Below are positions 28,972-32,000 of a stretch of 32,000 nt of DNA, one piece after another. The number at the start of each line of letters is the position of its first letter. Position 1 is the first letter of the stretch. Below the pieces are notes generated by a model. It was not told the origin of the DNA, made no database searches, and was given only the letters and a program-made list of their open reading frames with translations. Source of the stretch: Planctomycetales bacterium (GTDB lineage Bacteria; 4484-113; JAFGCY01); contig CP060262.1 in assembly GCA_022646745.1 (NCBI GenBank), positions 3,390,001 through 3,422,000 of the forward strand, written 5' to 3'. The translations under genes were made by a program, and so were the position numbers.

Positions 28972-30954
28972 CTAGTGGTCGTGGCCGGAGTGGTCATCCG
29001 GCATGTCATTCGCTTCTGAACGCATGAATTGCCAGTGCTCGCGGATGTTGCCATGCAGCAGCTCCAGCTGCTTATCCAGCGCCGCCTCGTCAAAACCGAC
29101 AAGCGGGTCAGCCAGCATCTCAGCCTTCATCGTGGCCCACAGCCTGTCAGCTTCGCCTGTCAGGCTGTCCTCTGACAGTGATCCCGCCATCAACTCCTTC
29201 ATCCGCTCGTAGACCAGCGCCTGGCCTTCGTTGCTGCTGAGGAAGGCCCGGAGCACGATGTTGTCCTCGATGCTGCCAACCATGTCCAGCTCATTAGCCG
29301 GTGCGAAACCCTCCGGGTCGGCATAGGGGTTGTTGAGCCCGGTGATGCCGAAGGTCAGTGACATCCCTGTCGGCAGCATGCTCCACAGCACGCCGCTGCC
29401 CGGGTCGATTACGCCGTAGTCCCGCCGGTAGTTGTCATTTGCCGAGCAGAATGACAGCAGCAGGAAGTAGTCCGCCAGTTTCGCGTTGTCAAACATCGCG
29501 CCAATGCCGCCGAAGCGTTCCTCCTGCGGGGCATCGATGTACAGCCGTCCGGCCTCGGTCAGCTTCTCGTTGAGTTGCTCCATCCCGCCCTGCGGCACTC
29601 GCACCCGCATCATCAGGTCATCATAGAAGCGCAGGTCCTCACGCGGATTAAGCCCGCCGGCCCCCTGCATCAGGTACAGCTCCGCATCATCCGCCAAACC
29701 GCGGCTGGCCATCCATGCCGTATCCGGCACCTCCGCATCGATGTAGACGCCCTGGTATACGCCGTTCACCCGCAGGTGCACGGCCCGCTTGCGCAGGTGC
29801 TCGACCCCTGCCCTGTCCGCCACCACGCCGGCCAGCAGGTCCCGCAGCTGCAGCGGGTCAAACTCCGCATGCCTGAGCTCGGCGGCCTTGCGGCTGTAGC
29901 CCAGTCCGTCATCCTGCATCCCTTCCGGCAGCTGCAGGAACAGCGGACGGTGAGTTGATTCACTGCGCTCCAGAGGCAAGCCGTTGACAACGGCGCGCAC
30001 AGTGCCGGACTGCGGCGTTGTAATCGAGCCGAAGGTATCGAGCGCGGGGAAGTCCAGCGAGTCGAAGCGGATCGGCCTGGCCTGCTGCAGCTTGATCTCA
30101 TAGACCGGCAGCACCGCATCGTAGATGTCAATTGCCGTCAGGATCGGTTCCTGCAGGTCGCAGCGGAACTGCACGTCATATGTCCCCAGCTCGGACAGCT
30201 TGAATGTGGTGTCCGTCAGTCCCTCGCTGAAGGCCAGTGGGATGCGCATCACATGCTCATCGCGCACCACGTCCATCTCAGCCAGCCCGCTGTAGCCGGT
30301 GGCAACACGCCCGTCGGCGTCCAGCGCGCGCATCGGGATGCGGATGTCAACCTCCCGTGCATCAGTGGCGGGTACATCCACCTCGATGCGCGCCGCATCC
30401 TGGCTGGACAGCACCATGAAGGCCGTGATGTCACGGATCTCCACGCCGTTGCCAGCCTTGCATTCCAGGCGCAGGAAGATCGCGGCGTCATTCGTGGCAC
30501 TGATCCCGCGGTCGGACAGCAGCACCTCCTGCGGATGGTCCAGCGCTGACAACGGGAACTCCTGCCAGGCGTCAGCACCGGCCAGCGCGATCTTCAGGCT
30601 GCACTCGCTGCCATCCTGCCGGCCGCGGCCGAGGTCCAGGATCAGCTTGTCCAGCTGGTCACCGTTGCGCAGCCGGCCGATCTCATAGGTGACGGAGGAG
30701 GACTCCTCTCCACCGAGCACCATCGCACCGCTGCGGCTGTAGTTCGCTGATCCGCTGGATTCAAATGAACCGGCCAGCCGCAGTGCGACTTCACTGCTGC
30801 GCAGCACTTCGCTGGACTTGCCGCTTGCCGGGACTGAGGATGTGGTACCACCCTTCTTCGCCTGCTGCGTGCCCTGCTGCTGGCCGCCACTGGGGCAGCC
30901 GCAAAGCAGGCAGGCCAAAATAGCCGTGAGGCCGGTTGCAATCAGGTAACGCAT
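28972..30954 (-). CDS. CotH-family (atypical kinase-like) lipoprotein with a ~300-aa N-terminal region of unknown function
   Basis: Lipoprotein signal MRYLIATGLTAILACLLCGC. The C-terminal half resembles the CotH family (HLRVNGVYQGVYIDAEV..., FDNAKLADYFLLLSFCSANDNYRRDYG). The family call is from memory of the family pattern only. Confidence 0.6.
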   Translation of the reverse strand: MRYLIATGLTAILACLLCGCPSGGQQQGTQQAKKGGTTSSVPASGKSSEVLRSSEVALRLAGSFESSGSANYSRSGAMVLGGEESSSVTYEIGRLRNGDQLDKLILDLGRGRQDGSECSLKIALAGADAWQEFPLSALDHPQEVLLSDRGISATNDAAIFLRLECKAGNGVEIRDITAFMVLSSQDAARIEVDVPATDAREVDIRIPMRALDADGRVATGYSGLAEMDVVRDEHVMRIPLAFSEGLTDTTFKLSELGTYDVQFRCDLQEPILTAIDIYDAVLPVYEIKLQQARPIRFDSLDFPALDTFGSITTPQSGTVRAVVNGLPLERSESTHRPLFLQLPEGMQDDGLGYSRKAAELRHAEFDPLQLRDLLAGVVADRAGVEHLRKRAVHLRVNGVYQGVYIDAEVPDTAWMASRGLADDAELYLMQGAGGLNPREDLRFYDDLMMRVRVPQGGMEQLNEKLTEAGRLYIDAPQEERFGGIGAMFDNAKLADYFLLLSFCSANDNYRRDYGVIDPGSGVLWSMLPTGMSLTFGITGLNNPYADPEGFAPANELDMVGSIEDNIVLRAFLSSNEGQALVYERMKELMAGSLSEDSLTGEADRLWATMKAEMLADPLVGFDEAALDKQLELLHGNIREHWQFMRSEANDMPDDHSGHDH

Positions 30955-30962
30955 GAAAGCAG

Positions 30963-30968
30963 ATTATA
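30963..30968 (-). promoter_or_regulatory. candidate -10 box (TATAAT) 8 nt upstream of the CotH ATG
   Basis: Minus strand reads cctccTATAATctgctttcATG. Confidence 0.35.
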
Positions 30969-31022
30969 GGAGGCGCAGACAGCCTGCCCGGTTCAAATGT
31001 ACAGGGGGAATGAGTTTGAATA

Positions 31023-31095
31023 TGGGCGCGGAGGGGCTCGAACCCCCGACCTACTGGGTGTAAACCAGTTGCTCTTCCAACTGAGCTACACGCCC
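31023..31095 (-). tRNA. tRNA-Val (anticodon TAC)
   Basis: The reverse complement folds as a 73-nt cloverleaf: GGGCGTG-TA-GCTC-AGTTGGAA-GAGC-A-ACTGG-TTTACAC-CCAGT-AGGTC-GGGGG-TTCGAGC-CCCTC-CGCGCCC-A. CCA is not encoded. Confidence 0.9.
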
Positions 31096-31107
31096 CTAAG
31101 GTTGCGG

Positions 31108-31113
31108 ATTATA
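31108..31113 (-). promoter_or_regulatory. candidate extended -10 box (TGgTATAAT) for tRNA-Val
   Basis: Minus strand reads gcTGgTATAATccgcaaccttag, then the tRNA 5' end 12 nt downstream. Confidence 0.45.
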
Positions 31114-31127
31114 CCAGCCCCGGCTGC

Positions 31128-32000
31128 TCAGCCGCCGGCGATCACGCTCTCACGGGACGGGACCACTGAATGGTGCTCCGGCTCGTTGACGTAGTCCATC
31201 CAGGCGCTGCGCAGGTCCACGAAGATCGGGCCCGGCTTGCCGCTGCCGATCTCACGGTCCTGGATGTCCACCACGGGGATCAGGTCAGCGCCCGTGCCAG
31301 TCATCCAGACCTCATCCGCGGTGTACAGGTCGAAGACCGTATAGAGACCTTCGCGCACTTCGTAATTCTTGCGCTTGGCGATCTCGATGATGCTGGCGCG
31401 GGTGATGCCGGCCAGCGCGCCCGTGCTCAGCTCCGGGGTGTGGATGATGCCGTGCTTTGCGAAGAACAGGTTCTCCGCCGTGCCCTCCACGACGTAACCG
31501 TCGAGGTTGAGCATGATGCCCTCATCGGCACCGGCCCGGTTTGCTTCCATTACGCCGAGGATGTTGTTGATGTAGTTCAGCGACTTCACGCTGCCCGGCA
31601 GGCTCTGCACACTGTTGCGGCGCGTGGCACAGATGATGCACCTCAGGCCCTTCTGGTAGAGCTCCTCGGGGTGCAGCTGGATCGAGGCGGCGATGCAGTA
31701 GACGGTCGGGTGCTCACGGCACTTGCGCGGGTTGATACCCAGGTCGCCCTTGCCACGTGTCGCCACGAGGCGGATGTAGCAGACACCCTGGTGCAGCCCG
31801 TTCATGGCCACGGAGTTGAGCACGATCTCCTGCATTTCCTTGGGGGTCTGGGTCAGCTTTATGCCGAGGAACTTGGCACAGTCATAGAAGCGGTCAATGT
31901 GTTCGACCAGCTTGAAGACCTTGCCGTCCCATGCCTTGATGCCTTCAAACAGCCCATCTCCATAGAGAATGCCGTGGTCAAACACGCTGACCGAAGCTTC
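31128..32000 (-). CDS. ilvE: branched-chain-amino-acid aminotransferase (class IV), N-terminus outside the window
   Basis: VFDHGILYGDGLFEGIKAW, RLVATRG, class IV aminotransferase pattern. The frame stays open to the window edge, and the M at 31985 in the ORF track is an internal GTG. Confidence 0.8.
   Translation of the reverse strand, partial: EASVSVFDHGILYGDGLFEGIKAWDGKVFKLVEHIDRFYDCAKFLGIKLTQTPKEMQEIVLNSVAMNGLHQGVCYIRLVATRGKGDLGINPRKCREHPTVYCIAASIQLHPEELYQKGLRCIICATRRNSVQSLPGSVKSLNYINNILGVMEANRAGADEGIMLNLDGYVVEGTAENLFFAKHGIIHTPELSTGALAGITRASIIEIAKRKNYEVREGLYTVFDLYTADEVWMTGTGADLIPVVDIQDREIGSGKPGPIFVDLRSAWMDYVNEPEHHSVVPSRESVIAGG

Noticed and set aside
28972-31095. A genomic island integrated at tRNA-Val.
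   Set aside because: I could find no integrase, transposase or phage genes, and no direct repeat of the tRNA 3' end by eye. The composition looks like the rest of the window.

Overview
GC-rich (roughly 60% by eye) bacterial chromosomal window, tightly packed with housekeeping genes and including the dnaA locus.

Gene order, left to right:
- 3' part of a DinG-family helicase and a PanE-family reductase.
- Two adjacent lipoprotein genes, one of 136 aa and one of about 840 aa. They share a ~62-aa module I cannot place in a family. The large one also carries a cohesin-like module and a 15-bp in-frame tandem repeat.
- A long minus-strand run: a divergent EF-G paralogue, a cupin-plsC-dapB-asd-dapA-cobB operon, a membrane GAF-GGDEF cyclase, and dnaA.
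- A 552-bp AT-richer spacer (candidate oriC).
- A TPR/acidic/zinc-ribbon protein plus a lipoprotein.
- The conserved secD-secF-recJ-rel-dtd block.
- A carB gene whose 5' two-thirds is broken by dozens of frameshifts.
- An enoyl-CoA hydratase, a CotH-family lipoprotein, tRNA-Val(TAC) and a partial ilvE.

I found no CRISPR array, transposase, integrase, phage gene or recognisable defence gene. I do not see a convincing novel multi-gene system.

The observations most worth a second look are:
- the sharply bounded indel-dense block inside carB (artefact versus real pseudogene);
- the paralogous lipoprotein pair with the unassigned shared module;
- the orphan EF-G paralogue with a degenerate G4 motif;
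- several -10 boxes that abut start codons, a pattern suggesting leaderless transcripts.

All domain calls come from motif recognition by eye, not from database searches.
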